From Armatimonadetes bacterium UBA5352 (lineage in GTDB: Bacteria; Armatimonadota; Zipacnadia; Zipacnadales; UBA5352), in assembly GCA_002411015.1 (NCBI GenBank), contig DHPY01000042.1, forward strand, positions 11,103 through 75,102: a stretch of 64,000 bases of DNA. Reading direction: 5' to 3'. Of the stretch, positions 36,020 through 46,900 are shown in pieces. The notes beneath the pieces are model-generated. The model was not told the origin of the DNA, did not search any database, and worked only from the letters and a program-made list of their open reading frames with translations. Each line of letters begins with the position of its first letter. The first letter of the stretch is position 1. A program made the position numbers and the translations under genes.

Positions 36020-38902
36020 ATGCACAGGACAGCGCTCATGCTCGCGATGCTGTTCTCGCTGGCGCCATGCGTGGCCCAGAACGTGGTGCACAACGGCGGC
36101 TTCGAGGACGGTATGGCCGGCTGGTCGCGCAACCATGACTTCCCTCTCGCTGAGCACGCGACAGTCGCAGACCGTCCGGACCGGGGGCATTGCCTGCAGC
36201 TCACGAGCGATGGCGACACTGTTGACCTCTTCCAGCGCGTCGAGCTTGAGGGCGGGCAGAGCTACGTCTTCCAGCTCGACATGCGGCGCTCGGCCCCCGG
36301 CAAGGACATCGCGGCGTCTCTGATCGTCTCTCGGCAGAACGCGCACGATGCGTACTACTCCCTCGGCAGCGCAAGCACTGCGGTAGACACCTGGGAGCAC
36401 TTCGCGCGGCTCGTGAAGATTCCCGGAGATGCCGTCAGCGCCCGCGTGTTGCTGCTAAACCGGATCGAGGGCGCGACCGCGCAGTTCGATGAGGTGCAGG
36501 TGGTACCCGTGGCGGCTACCTCCGGCGCGGCGGATGGCTGGTCGCCGAAGCTCGCGGTGCCGGGGTGGCCGGAGGCGCCCGCCGGCGAATCGACGCGGAT
36601 CGACGGGCTGCTGTCCGAGGGGGAGTGGGACGATGCCGCGCAGATCACCGGCTTCGCGATCATCACTGACGGCTCCACCCCGGAGGCTGACACTGAGGCG
36701 TGGGTGGCCCGCACGCCGACGCAGCTGCTGATCGCGGCGCGCTGCCATGAGCCGCTGATCGCCGATGCCGTATCGGTGGCAGAGGAACGCGACAACTCCC
36801 GCATCTTCAACGATGAGGTCATCGAGATATTCATCGACGCGGATAACGATCATGAGACCTATCTCCACCTCGCGGTCAACTCGCTCGGCACGGTCTTCGA
36901 TTCATCTTCGGGCGAGGGCGTCGTGGATGGCATCGAGTTCGATGCGGGGATGACCGCCGCTGCGGCGCGCGGCGAGGGCGAATGGACCGTCGAGGTCGCG
37001 ATCCCGTTCTCCACTATCGCCGTGGCTGGCTCGGGAGATATCTGGGGCTTCAATATCGCCCGCGAGCGCCATCTGCCCGGGCACAGCGAGAACTCCGCGT
37101 GGTCCGCGACGGGCAGTCGGTTCCATGCACCGTGGCGCTTCGGAGACCTGGTCGGCCTCCCCGATGCGGCGGCCGCGGCGCCGGTCTGGGCGCGCTTCTC
37201 GGGTGTGGATGACCCGACCCCGGGCGCCTCGAGGCTCCGCTTTGAGCTCGGCAGCCGGACGGATCGCGAGCTCCCGGTCATCCTCAGCGCCGATGTCACC
37301 ACGCCCGGCGGCGAGGAGCGCGAGGTGCGGGCTGAGGCGACGCTGCCCGCGGGCGGTGAGCAGACGCTCGAGCTTCCGCTCACCCTCGATCAACGCGGGC
37401 AGTGGGGCATCAGCGTAACGGTGCTGGACGAGGCCACCGGCCGGCCGCTCTACTCCGGCTCGCGAAGCTCGCTGGAGGTGCCGCCGGTGCTGGAGGCGGT
37501 GCTGAGCAGGCCCTCATACCGCGGCCGCATCTTCAGCAAGATGAACCTCCAGAGCATCGAGGTCGAGGCCGCCATCGGCATCCGTGACCCGGAGGAAGAG
37601 GGCCTGCGCCTCGTCGGGCGAATCGTCGGCGATGTCGGCACCGCCGCAACTGCCAGCGCGGACGCGGAGGCCGCGGTCTCGACACTTGCGATCCCGTGCG
37701 CCGACCTGCCTGATGGCAGGTACACGGTTGACATCCAGCTCATGCGCGGTCAAGAGGTGCTGGGGACGGTGCGGGGCCTGCCGCTGGAGAAGCTGCCGTC
37801 AGCCGATGATGAGGTCTGGTTCGACCGCGACAACAACATGATCGTCAACGGTGAGCCGCACTTCCCCCTCGGGTTCTACTCGATGGACTACCCGAACCTT
37901 GCCGAGGAGGTCGCGGGCGCGGGGTACCTGTGGTACCACACCTACGCCTCACAGCGCCCGGCGCGCCTGGCCCCCGACAGCAACTGGGACTGGCAGCGCT
38001 ACACGGACACCGGCGCGGAGCACGGGATGCGCGCATTCCTCGGCTTCGGTGCGGCGGGCGACGGCGAGGAGGGCTTCTACGAGAGGCTGCTCAGCGGACA
38101 GGCGCCGGAAGCCGAGGCCCTCATGACCGCGTTCCTCGAGCGGTGGCGCGAGCACCCGGCGCTCGGCGCGTGGTATGTCTATGACGAGCCGGTCATCGCC
38201 GGGCGCACGCCCGAGGAGATGCGCTACCTCTACGAGATGGCCGACAGCCGCGACCCGTACCACCCGAAGCTCGTCTGCCAGGTGAGCTGGTCTGATCCGC
38301 GCTTTGTTGACTCCCTTGATGTGCTGATGCCCGATCCGTATCCGATCCGCGCCGATCATGCGAGGCCGCTCACGATGGTCTCGGACGCGGTTCGCGCCGC
38401 GCGAAGGACCGTGGGCGACCGCAAGCCCGTCTGGCCGGTGCTGCAGTGGTATGGCTACCCGGAGGGGCGCTACCCGACGACCGAGGAGATGCGCTGCATG
38501 GCATTCCTCTCGCTTGCCGCCGAGGCGAAGGGTGTCACGTGGTACTCGTTCTATCACGGCTACAACAACGACCGGCAGGGGTGGGAAGGGCTGAAGCAGA
38601 TCGGCCACGAGCTTCGCTCCTGCGAGGACGTGGTCTTCGCGCCGAAGGCGGACACGGGCGCAGACGCCAATGGCGCTCCGCTGGAGATGCTGCTCAAGCG
38701 GTCAGCCGGCGGGCGGCGGCACCTGATAGTGGTGAACGCGGAGAATCGTGCGCTGGAGGATGTCTCGATCACGCTGGGCGAGGCGGTCACCTCGGCGACG
38801 GACCGACTGTCGGGTGAGGCGATGGCGGTGGCCGGAGGCACGATCACCGCGAGCTTCGCGCCGTACCAGCCGCGTGTGCTGGACATCATGATAGCACAGT
38901 AG
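36020..38902 (+). CDS. secreted CBM9-like carbohydrate-binding plus TIM-barrel glycoside-hydrolase-like protein
   Basis: Start trimmed to the signal peptide MHRTALMLAMLFSLAPCVA (AGGGGG upstream). CBM4/9-like then CBM9-like block (EGEWDDAAQITGF..NDEVIEIFID..TYLHLAVNSLG). C-terminal domain paralogous to that of 38931..40841 (IVNGEPHFPLGFY..). Confidence 0.75.
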   Translation: MHRTALMLAMLFSLAPCVAQNVVHNGGFEDGMAGWSRNHDFPLAEHATVADRPDRGHCLQLTSDGDTVDLFQRVELEGGQSYVFQLDMRRSAPGKDIAASLIVSRQNAHDAYYSLGSASTAVDTWEHFARLVKIPGDAVSARVLLLNRIEGATAQFDEVQVVPVAATSGAADGWSPKLAVPGWPEAPAGESTRIDGLLSEGEWDDAAQITGFAIITDGSTPEADTEAWVARTPTQLLIAARCHEPLIADAVSVAEERDNSRIFNDEVIEIFIDADNDHETYLHLAVNSLGTVFDSSSGEGVVDGIEFDAGMTAAAARGEGEWTVEVAIPFSTIAVAGSGDIWGFNIARERHLPGHSENSAWSATGSRFHAPWRFGDLVGLPDAAAAAPVWARFSGVDDPTPGASRLRFELGSRTDRELPVILSADVTTPGGEEREVRAEATLPAGGEQTLELPLTLDQRGQWGISVTVLDEATGRPLYSGSRSSLEVPPVLEAVLSRPSYRGRIFSKMNLQSIEVEAAIGIRDPEEEGLRLVGRIVGDVGTAATASADAEAAVSTLAIPCADLPDGRYTVDIQLMRGQEVLGTVRGLPLEKLPSADDEVWFDRDNNMIVNGEPHFPLGFYSMDYPNLAEEVAGAGYLWYHTYASQRPARLAPDSNWDWQRYTDTGAEHGMRAFLGFGAAGDGEEGFYERLLSGQAPEAEALMTAFLERWREHPALGAWYVYDEPVIAGRTPEEMRYLYEMADSRDPYHPKLVCQVSWSDPRFVDSLDVLMPDPYPIRADHARPLTMVSDAVRAARRTVGDRKPVWPVLQWYGYPEGRYPTTEEMRCMAFLSLAAEAKGVTWYSFYHGYNNDRQGWEGLKQIGHELRSCEDVVFAPKADTGADANGAPLEMLLKRSAGGRRHLIVVNAENRALEDVSITLGEAVTSATDRLSGEAMAVAGGTITASFAPYQPRVLDIMIAQ

Positions 38903-38930
38903 CACAGGTCATACAGGCGAGGTGATCGCG

Positions 38931-40841
38931 ATGCGTACCGGTACATGGCTCTGCATGTTTCTCGCAGCGAGCGCGGCGGTGGCCGCGGCGCAGCCGTGGG
39001 GCGTGGGGAGCGGCCCGAACCTGGTGCAGAACCCGGGGTTCGAGGCGCTCGATGAGAACGGGCGGCCTGAGCACTGGTCGGCTCCGCAGCCCGTGTACTC
39101 CATTGCGGATGAGCCCGTCCGTGCGGGCGAACGCTCCCTCAAGTACGCGAACGATGATCCCGCGCGCTACATGCTCTGCAGCCAGCGCGTGGTCCTTGAG
39201 CCGGGGCGGCGGTATGAGGTGCAGGCGTGGGTGCGAACTGAGAACGTGCAGGGCGAGGATACTGGCGCGACGGTGTGTCTCGAGTACAGCGACGCGGATG
39301 GTGGCTACCTCGGGGGCTACTACCCTCCCGGGCGGAAAGGCGACACCGCCGACTGGACTGAAGTCGGCGGCGTCTGCCCGAGGGTGCCGGAGCGCGCGGC
39401 GGAGATGCGCGTTCTCTGCTACGTGCGCAAGGAGATGACCGGGGCCGCCTGGTGGGATGATGTCTCGGTGCGACTGGTGCGGGAGCGGCCGCTGCACACG
39501 GTGCTTCTGAGCCCGAACTACCGCGGCCTGGTGACCGACGACGGGCCTGACGCGATCCGTGTGCGCGTCACCCTGACACTCGACGACGTTGACGTGCCGG
39601 TGCCGGAACTCGCGCTGGTGCTGAGCCTCCTGCCGGAGGACGGCGGCGAGCCCCTCGCGATGGCACGGGTGGATGCGGTCGATCCGGAACAGACCGACCT
39701 GCAGATGCCACTGCCGGAGCTGGCGCCGGGGCGGTACGCAGCGCGCGTTGACCTTGTTCGGGGGCAGACGGGGGAGGTTCTCGCCACCGACGAGTGGCGG
39801 ATTATGCGCCGCGAGGGTGACGATGAGCCGACAACGTACATAGACGAGCACAACCGGCTGATCGTGGAGGGCGAACCGTTCTTCCCTCTCGGGATGTACT
39901 GCAGCGGCGTCACCGAGACGCTGCTGGAGACGTACACCGAAGCGCCCTTCAACTGCCTGATGCCCTACGCCTCGCCGGATGAGGCGGGCATGGACCTCAT
40001 CGAGCGCTACGGGCTCAAGTGCATCTACTCCATCAAGGACTTCTATGCCGGTACGCAATACGCGCCCGCTTCGATACAGGTGGTCGGCGACGAGGAGCCG
40101 GCGGTCCGTGAGCGCGTGCGGCGCTACCGGGAGCACCCGGCGCTGCTCGCATGGTATCTCAACGACGAGCGCCCGCTGAGCATGATCGACCAGCTTGAGG
40201 CGCACCAGCGCTGGGTGGAGGAGGAGGACCCGAACCACCCGACCTGGGTCGTGCTCTACCAGGTGAATGACGTCGGCGGCTACATCCGGTCATTCGACGC
40301 CATCGGCACCGATCCGTATCCCATCCCGAACCGCTCCGCCGCGATGGCGGGAGAGTGGGCTGAGACTACGCGTGAGGCGGTCGGCGACGCACGGCCGATC
40401 TGGATGGTGCCGCAGGTGCATAACTGGGGCGTCTACCGCGGGTACGAGGGCGCGCGACCACCGACTGCGGCGGAGGTGCGCTCCATGACGTGGCAGTGCA
40501 TCTGCGAGGGCGCCGACGGGCTGATCTACTACTCATGGCAGGACCTGCACCGCGATGAGACCACGCCGTTCGATGAGCGCTGGCCGGAGCTGAAGGCAGT
40601 GGTGGAGGAGGTCGCGGAGCAGATTCCCGTGCTGCTCTCGGTCGAGCCCACGCCCGAGCTTGAGGTGCAGGCGCCCGAGACGGTGCGCTGGACGGTTCGC
40701 ACACTCAACGGCACAAGCTGGCTGTTCCTCGCCAATGGCGAGGCGGAGCCGGCGCGGGCGGTGGCACGCGCCGGCGACGAGGCACGGACCTTCGACCTCG
40801 CGGCGCATGAGGTGCGCATCGAGGAGTGGGGCGCGCGGTGA
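38931..40841 (+). CDS. secreted CBM4_9-like carbohydrate-binding plus TIM-barrel glycoside-hydrolase-like protein (paralog of the C-terminal part of 36020..38902)
   Basis: GAGGTG 7 nt before the ATG. Signal peptide MRTGTWLCMFLAASAAVAAA. NPGFE..W CBM4_9-like N-domain. IVEGEPFFPLGMY..PIWMVPQVHNWG hydrolase-like barrel. Confidence 0.75.
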   Translation: MRTGTWLCMFLAASAAVAAAQPWGVGSGPNLVQNPGFEALDENGRPEHWSAPQPVYSIADEPVRAGERSLKYANDDPARYMLCSQRVVLEPGRRYEVQAWVRTENVQGEDTGATVCLEYSDADGGYLGGYYPPGRKGDTADWTEVGGVCPRVPERAAEMRVLCYVRKEMTGAAWWDDVSVRLVRERPLHTVLLSPNYRGLVTDDGPDAIRVRVTLTLDDVDVPVPELALVLSLLPEDGGEPLAMARVDAVDPEQTDLQMPLPELAPGRYAARVDLVRGQTGEVLATDEWRIMRREGDDEPTTYIDEHNRLIVEGEPFFPLGMYCSGVTETLLETYTEAPFNCLMPYASPDEAGMDLIERYGLKCIYSIKDFYAGTQYAPASIQVVGDEEPAVRERVRRYREHPALLAWYLNDERPLSMIDQLEAHQRWVEEEDPNHPTWVVLYQVNDVGGYIRSFDAIGTDPYPIPNRSAAMAGEWAETTREAVGDARPIWMVPQVHNWGVYRGYEGARPPTAAEVRSMTWQCICEGADGLIYYSWQDLHRDETTPFDERWPELKAVVEEVAEQIPVLLSVEPTPELEVQAPETVRWTVRTLNGTSWLFLANGEAEPARAVARAGDEARTFDLAAHEVRIEEWGAR

Positions 40842-40857
40842 AGCCGGCATCGAGGCC

Positions 40858-41139
40858 CTACTGCGCGCCGATCCGCACCTGAGCGCCGTGCGGGATGGTC
40901 CCCTGCGCCGTCTGCCACTCGCCATCGCCTGTGCGCCACGAGACTGCGCCCTGTGCCTCGACGGTCACCGGGGTGTTGGCGACGATCCGGTAGGAGCCAT
41001 CGCCGGTGCGCAAGAGGCTCGCCCGGGAGTGGACCTCCACCTCGTCACCGGGCTGCACGTCCTGATACCAGCACTCAGCGCCATCAGCGAACCCGGCCGT
41101 TGAGTCCACCCGGATCACCCGCGGCTGGCCGTAGACCAC
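40858..41139 (-). CDS. small hypothetical protein (93 aa), GTG start
   Basis: Strong GC3 bias (about 85%) and a non-repetitive, beta-rich-looking sequence (SYRIVANTPVTVEAQGAVSWRTGDGEW). Sits downstream of the prepilin-like gene 41332..42063 on the same strand. No convincing RBS. Confidence 0.3.
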   Translation of the reverse strand: MVYGQPRVIRVDSTAGFADGAECWYQDVQPGDEVEVHSRASLLRTGDGSYRIVANTPVTVEAQGAVSWRTGDGEWQTAQGTIPHGAQVRIGAQ

Positions 41140-41331
41140 CTCGCGGAGTGGTGGCGGCGCCGTCGGGGCCGATCAGCAGCTTGCCGGCGAAGAAGTCGCC
41201 CGCTTCAGCATGGTGCGGACGATTCTCATGACGGTCCTTCGCGTTCCGGAGCGACAACGGGCGCCCCGCCTGGCCTTCAGCAGGGCGCCCGGGGGCGGGG
41301 TGACCAACGACAGGTCAACTCATCGCGGAGA

Positions 41332-42063
41332 CTAGGCACCCCAGGCATACCTGCCGCCTGTGAAGTACCAGTACTCCAGCTTCTTCGCCTCCTGCTCTCC
41401 CAGCCACTTGGCATGGCCGTCCGCGAAGGCGGCGTTCAGGCCGTTGTTATGCACCGGAGCGAGGAAGTAGTAGCCGGTCCCGTAGGTCCACCAGAAGGGG
41501 CGGGTGGTGTAGTACGTGGATTCGGTGGCGAAGATGATCTGAGCGGGTTGCTCCACGTTCGCCATCGCGATGGGGCCGGAGCGGTACCCGAAGTTCTGGT
41601 TGATCGCGTAGGCATTGCTGATGACGTTCGGGATCGACTCGCCCGTCAGCAGACTCGTGAAGTCGGCGACTTTGCGGCTCGGGCAGACGAGCATCTGCCA
41701 GTTCTTGATGTACGGCTGCAGCATCTCCTGCCACATGGTGAAGGTCGCCGAGAAATGGCCGCGGCAGTCGAGTGCGGTGAGGGTATAGGTCTCATCATAG
41801 TCCTGCGCGTACATCATGGACGCGGTCGCAATCTGCTTCATGTTGCTTAGACATGAGGTCTGGCGCGCTTTCTCACGCGCCCTTGCGAAGACCGGGAACA
41901 GGATCGCCGCGAGGATGGCGATAATGGCTATGACCACGAGCAACTCAATGAGCGTGAAACCCCTGTCGCGTTGCGTCTCTAAGCCTCCTGTGATTAGCCT
42001 GACCAACGGGCCTGCCGCCAACGCGGGACTGAAGGGAGCGACCCTCGCTCGCTCAGCCGTCAC
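41332..42063 (-). CDS. prepilin-type N-terminal cleavage/methylation domain protein (H-X9-DG family), unusually long leader
   Basis: ..[60 protein letters not shown]. Only the ATG at 42063 is available, giving a 34-aa leader. No ATG/GTG/TTG lies closer to the G/F cleavage site, although AGGAGG sits 13 nt upstream of it. Confidence 0.75.
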   Translation of the reverse strand: MTAERARVAPFSPALAAGPLVRLITGGLETQRDRGFTLIELLVVIAIIAILAAILFPVFARAREKARQTSCLSNMKQIATASMMYAQDYDETYTLTALDCRGHFSATFTMWQEMLQPYIKNWQMLVCPSRKVADFTSLLTGESIPNVISNAYAINQNFGYRSGPIAMANVEQPAQIIFATESTYYTTRPFWWTYGTGYYFLAPVHNNGLNAAFADGHAKWLGEQEAKKLEYWYFTGGRYAWGA

Positions 42064-42473
42064 CTCCGCAGGTGAGAGCCGCTCGCATGGCTGCGTACAC
42101 GATCAGTGGGTGGGCGGGCGTGTGCGGGCAAAGGTGAAGAGGTCGGAGGACAGGTGAGGCCAAGCACGGGCGGTGACGACGCAACAGCCCATGGCATCGG
42201 CCACCAGGGTACCCGAGGCGCTCATCGAACGCGCGCGTTACAGTGGGGACGCAGCCGCCGCTCCTTGGGGCGGTGGCGAGCAGTCGAAGCATCGCGAGCG
42301 ATCCTTTCATCTGCTCAGTCGTCGATATCACCTTAGGCGAGGCGCAGCGTCATGTCAAGGTGGATGCGCGATTCCCGTGCGGCCAGAACGCAAGGTGCTT
42401 CTGCGGATCGCGTCGAAATGAGCGTACATTGTCGTACCACCGTGTCGGCCGCCGCACGCGAATGGAGAGACAG

Positions 42474-43766
42474 ATGTCCAGCGAGTTGTGTGCAAGTGCT
42501 GATGAGGCCCTGGCGTACGTCGAGACCGTGCCGGCCCGCCAGGGCGAATCGATGCTGGGGGTGCCGTTTGAGGCGCGCGACCTCGTGCGCGTCGGCTTCG
42601 TAGGGGTTGGCGGACGCGGCTTCGGGCAGCTTCGCGAGGTGCTGGCCGTCCAGGGCACGCAGGTGACCGCGATCAGCGATCTCTCCGAAGACGCGAGGGC
42701 GCGCGCGGAGCAGGCAGTGATAGACAAGGGGCAGCCTGCGCCGGCCGTCGAGGCCGACTGGCGCAGACTCTGCGACCGCGATGACGTGGACATCGTCTAC
42801 GTCTGCACCTCATGGGACTCGCATGTGCCGATCGCTGTCCAGGCGATGGAGTGCGGCAAGCATGCGGCGATCGAGGTCCCGGCGGCCGTGACGCTCGCTG
42901 AGTGCTGGCAGATGGTGGACACCTCCGAGCGCACCCGCAAGCACTGTGTGATCCTCGAGAACTGCTGCTACTGCTACGCCGAGATGCTCGTGCTGAACAT
43001 GGTCCGCGAGGGCCTCTTCGGCACGCTCACCCACGGCGAGGCGGCGTACATCCACGACCTCCGCGACTACCTGCTGTCTGATAAGGGCGAGGGCCTCTGG
43101 CGGCGCTTCCCGCACATTGACCGCAACGGCAACCACTACCCGACGCACGGACTCGGGCCGGTGGCCTGGTACATGAACATCAACCGCGGCGACCGCTTCA
43201 CCCGGCTGGTCTCCATGAGCAGCCGGCCCGCGGCCCTCGCCGAGCGCCGGGACGCGACCCTGCCGGAGGACAGCCCCAAGCGCGCCGAGGTCTACACCTG
43301 CGGCGACATGAACGTCTCGCTGATGCAGACGAGCCTCGGCCGCACGATCGTACTGCAGCATGACGTGGTGACCCCGCGGCCCTACAGCCGCATCAACCTC
43401 ATCCAGGGCTCGAAAGGCGCTTTCGTGGACTACCCGCCACGCTTCTTCTTCGACGATGCCCCCGGCCATGACTGGGAGCCGATCGATCGCTTCAAGGAAG
43501 AGTATGAGCACCCGCTGTGGGTCGAGCAGGGCGAACTGGCCCGCGAGCTTGGCGGCCATGGCGGAATGGACTTCATAATGAACTACCGGCTGCTGCAGCT
43601 CTACCGCCAGGGCCGGGCGCCGGACATAGATGCCTACGATGCGGCCGCGTGGTCGGCTCCCGGTGCGCTTTCGGAGATCTCGGTGGCGTGGGGCAACTTG
43701 CCCCTCCCGTTCCCGGATTTCACGCGCGGCAACTGGCAGCAGCCCGACACGCGCGCTATGCGGTAG
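42474..43766 (+). CDS. Gfo/Idh/MocA-family NAD-dependent glycosidase-like protein (GH109-like)
   Basis: VGFVGVGGRGFGQ Rossmann motif and ENCCYCYAEM..HYPTHGLGP blocks resembling GH109 alpha-N-acetylgalactosaminidases. ATG at 42474 with GGAGAG upstream. Confidence 0.7.
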   Translation: MSSELCASADEALAYVETVPARQGESMLGVPFEARDLVRVGFVGVGGRGFGQLREVLAVQGTQVTAISDLSEDARARAEQAVIDKGQPAPAVEADWRRLCDRDDVDIVYVCTSWDSHVPIAVQAMECGKHAAIEVPAAVTLAECWQMVDTSERTRKHCVILENCCYCYAEMLVLNMVREGLFGTLTHGEAAYIHDLRDYLLSDKGEGLWRRFPHIDRNGNHYPTHGLGPVAWYMNINRGDRFTRLVSMSSRPAALAERRDATLPEDSPKRAEVYTCGDMNVSLMQTSLGRTIVLQHDVVTPRPYSRINLIQGSKGAFVDYPPRFFFDDAPGHDWEPIDRFKEEYEHPLWVEQGELARELGGHGGMDFIMNYRLLQLYRQGRAPDIDAYDAAAWSAPGALSEISVAWGNLPLPFPDFTRGNWQQPDTRAMR

Positions 43767-43959
43767 CTGCGAGGAGATCCGACACGTCACGGAGTAGGCG
43801 TAGCGGACCACCGAGTGAAGTAGGTGGGGCGCCCTCGCCCCACCAGAACACGGGCGTACGCGAAACCTCCGGCCTCCCAGGGGGTGTACGGGCGAGAGCG
43901 CCCGCACCACGTGGTTTCTGGCTAACGGAAAGTAGCATCCTATGAGGAGGACGACGATC

Positions 43960-46900
43960 ATGCTCATCGAGAGACTCGTGGTGGGGATTGGCTGCCTGGT
44001 CCTGGTGTCCGCGCTGGCCGGGTGGCAGAGCGAAGCCGCCGCCGCGCCTGGCCCGATCACGCTTGAGGCCGAGGCAGCGCAGATCAATGCGGATCGCGCG
44101 GAGGTGGTCGAGCAGGATACCTTCGCGAGCAAGCAGGGCGTGTCGCTCAGCGCGGGGGTAGCCAGCACCGTCGGCGAACCCGACACGCCGCCGGACCTCG
44201 TGTTCACGGTGCAGACTGCCGAGCCGGGCCGCTACTGGATACGCACCAACGCCGCCACGGATGCAACCGGCACCGAGGCGATGCGCGTGGCGGCCGGGAA
44301 GAACGACTCGCTGCGGCTGATGCTCTCCATCGACGGCAGTCGCCCGACCAGGCGCGTGGTCTTCGTGCCGTGGAGCCAGCCGGGCAGTTGTGTCCAGTCC
44401 ACGGGCAAGTTCGACTTCACCGGCGAGGAGCAGGAGATCCGGATCTGGCTGCCGGAGGGTGTGCGGCTGGACTACCTGCAGATCGCTCCCTATGTCCCCC
44501 CCGCAGTGCCTGAGGCGGTGGCCACCTATGAGCCGACGGTCGTGCCGCCCGCCTCGCGGCCGCGCCTGTGGGTGAACGAGGAGTCGCTCCCGCAGGTGCG
44601 GGCCAATCTGGAGCTTGGCGAGAACGCTGCAGTCTGGGCGCGCGTGAAGGCGCTGGCGGAGAAGCCGTTTGAGTTCAGTGTGCCCCCGAACACGGAGATC
44701 AGCTACAACGGCGGGCTGGAACAGGCCGCCGCGAACAGGGCCTTCGTCTACCTGATGACCGATGACAGGCAGCGCGGGCGCGAGGCTGTTGATCTGGTCA
44801 GCACTTACCTGGCGGCGGTGCAGTTCGACAACCTCCTCGACATCACCCGCGAGATTGGCCGCGCCATCTACTCCGCCTCGCTGGTCTACGACTGGTGCTA
44901 CGACCTGATGACGCCCGAGGAGCGGGAGGGCATCCGCGCGAATCTGATGCGCCTCGCCGATGACATGGAGATCGGCTGGCCGCCCTTCCGGCAGCTTGTG
45001 GTCAATGGCCACGGCAATGAGGCGCAGGTCAACCGCGACCTCCTCAGCATGTCAATCGCCATCTACGACGAGGACCCGGTGCCCTACCGCTACTGCTCCT
45101 ACCGGATGCTCGAGGAGCTCGCGCCGATGCGCGCCTTCGAGTACCAGTCGCCGCGCCACAACCAGGGCATCAGCTACGGCCCGTATCGCTTCAGCTGGGA
45201 CATGCACGCGGCTACGCTCTTCCAGCGCATGACCGGCCGGCCGGTCTTCGACGAGAACATCGGCGACGTCTACAAGTTCTGGCTCTACATGCGCCTTCCG
45301 ATCGGGCAGATGCTCCGCGATGGCGATGGGTTCTCAGACGGCCAGCAGGTGAACCTCGGACTGACGCCACTGCTCGTGTATGCCTACACCGGCGATCCGA
45401 TCGTCAAGGGCGATTTCCAGCGTCAGGGCGGCACGGCCAGTGACTCGCTGATGTTCCTGCTGCTCAACGATCCGAACCTCATCGCGGAAGAGAGCCTGGA
45501 GAGCCTGCCCCTGACCCTCGACTTCGGGCCGGTGCTCGGATCGATGGTGGCGCGCACCGGCTGGAACATGGGCGCGAACACCTCCGACGTGGTGGTTGAG
45601 ATGAAGGGTGGCGGCTACCACTTCGGCAACCACCAGCACTCCGATGCAGGCAGCTTCCAGATCTACTACCGCGGCCTGCAGGCGACGGACCTCGGCCAGT
45701 ACCACTTCTACGGCACGCCCTACGACAACAACTTCTGCAAGCGGTCCATCTCGCACAGCATGATGCTGGTGGTGGACCCGGAGGAGAAGTTCCCGGGCAC
45801 GACCTCGAACGACGGCGGCAGCCGCTACAACCGCGGCTGCCCCATCACGCCGGAGCAGGCCATCAACGAACCCGCGTTCGCCCACGGCACGAAGGTTTCC
45901 GCCAGCTTCGGACCCAATGAGCAGCGGCCCTTCTTCAGCTACTTCTCAGTGGACCTGACATCGGCCTACAGCGAGAAGATCAGCGAGTACGTGCGTACCT
46001 TCTGCTTCCTCAACCTCGGGAATGAGCAGACACCGGCGGCGCTCATCGTCCTCGACAACGTCACGGCGGTCAACCCGGAGTTCCGGAAGTACTGGCAGAT
46101 CAACACGCTCAACCCGCCGGAGCAGACGGCCGATGGCGTCATCCTCCGCAACAGCGCCCTCGGGCTGGATGGCCGGGTGGACGTGCGGATGCTGCGCCCT
46201 GAGCCGCAGGAGCGCACCATGCAGATCCTGCAGGGAGAGGTGGACGCCCACAACGTCTTTGGCGAGCAGTTCACTCCGCCCAGGCCCGAGAAGCCCGAGG
46301 GCCATGGCACCCGCGTCATGTTCTCGCCGGAAACGCCCCGCGCCACCGATGTCTTCCTGACGGTCATGCCGATGTCCGACGAGAGCGCGCCGGAGCTTCC
46401 GGTCGAACTGGCGGAGACGCCGACGACCTTCGCGCTGACGCTCGCCGACCGTGTGGTCGTGCTCAGCAAGACCGGGCGGCTGCTTGATGGCGCGTTCCGG
46501 GTGAGCATCCCCACGGGCGGGCGGTACCAGTTGCTGCTCGCGAGCCTCGCGCCCGGCAACTGGAGTATCAGCTCGGCAGATGGCGCCACCGAGTTCAATG
46601 CCGAAGTTGAGGCTCAGAAGAACACGGCCTTCTTCGTCGTGCCGGGCGGCGACTTCACGGTGCGGCCCGAGTCGCGGCCCGGAGCTGCGGAGTTCCAGGC
46701 CCCGACCGACCTCATGCCGCCGATCGCTCCTTCGCTCGCCAACCGGGTGTTCCTGAACGGAAGTCTCATTGGCGTTCCGCCGACGAAGAGCGCGGAGCGT
46801 GGCTTGCTGCTGCCCGCCACCTCGATCCTGCAGGCGCTCGGTACCAAAGCAGTCGAGGCGGACGGAGCTCTTCGCGTCACCTCCGGCGACCGGATCGCCC

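Noticed and set aside
41140-41331. Possible small ORF MRIVRTMLKRATSSPASC in the spacer after the prepilin-like gene.
   Set aside because: Only 18 codons, no bias, overlaps a palindromic GGGCGCCC hairpin region that is more plausibly a terminator.
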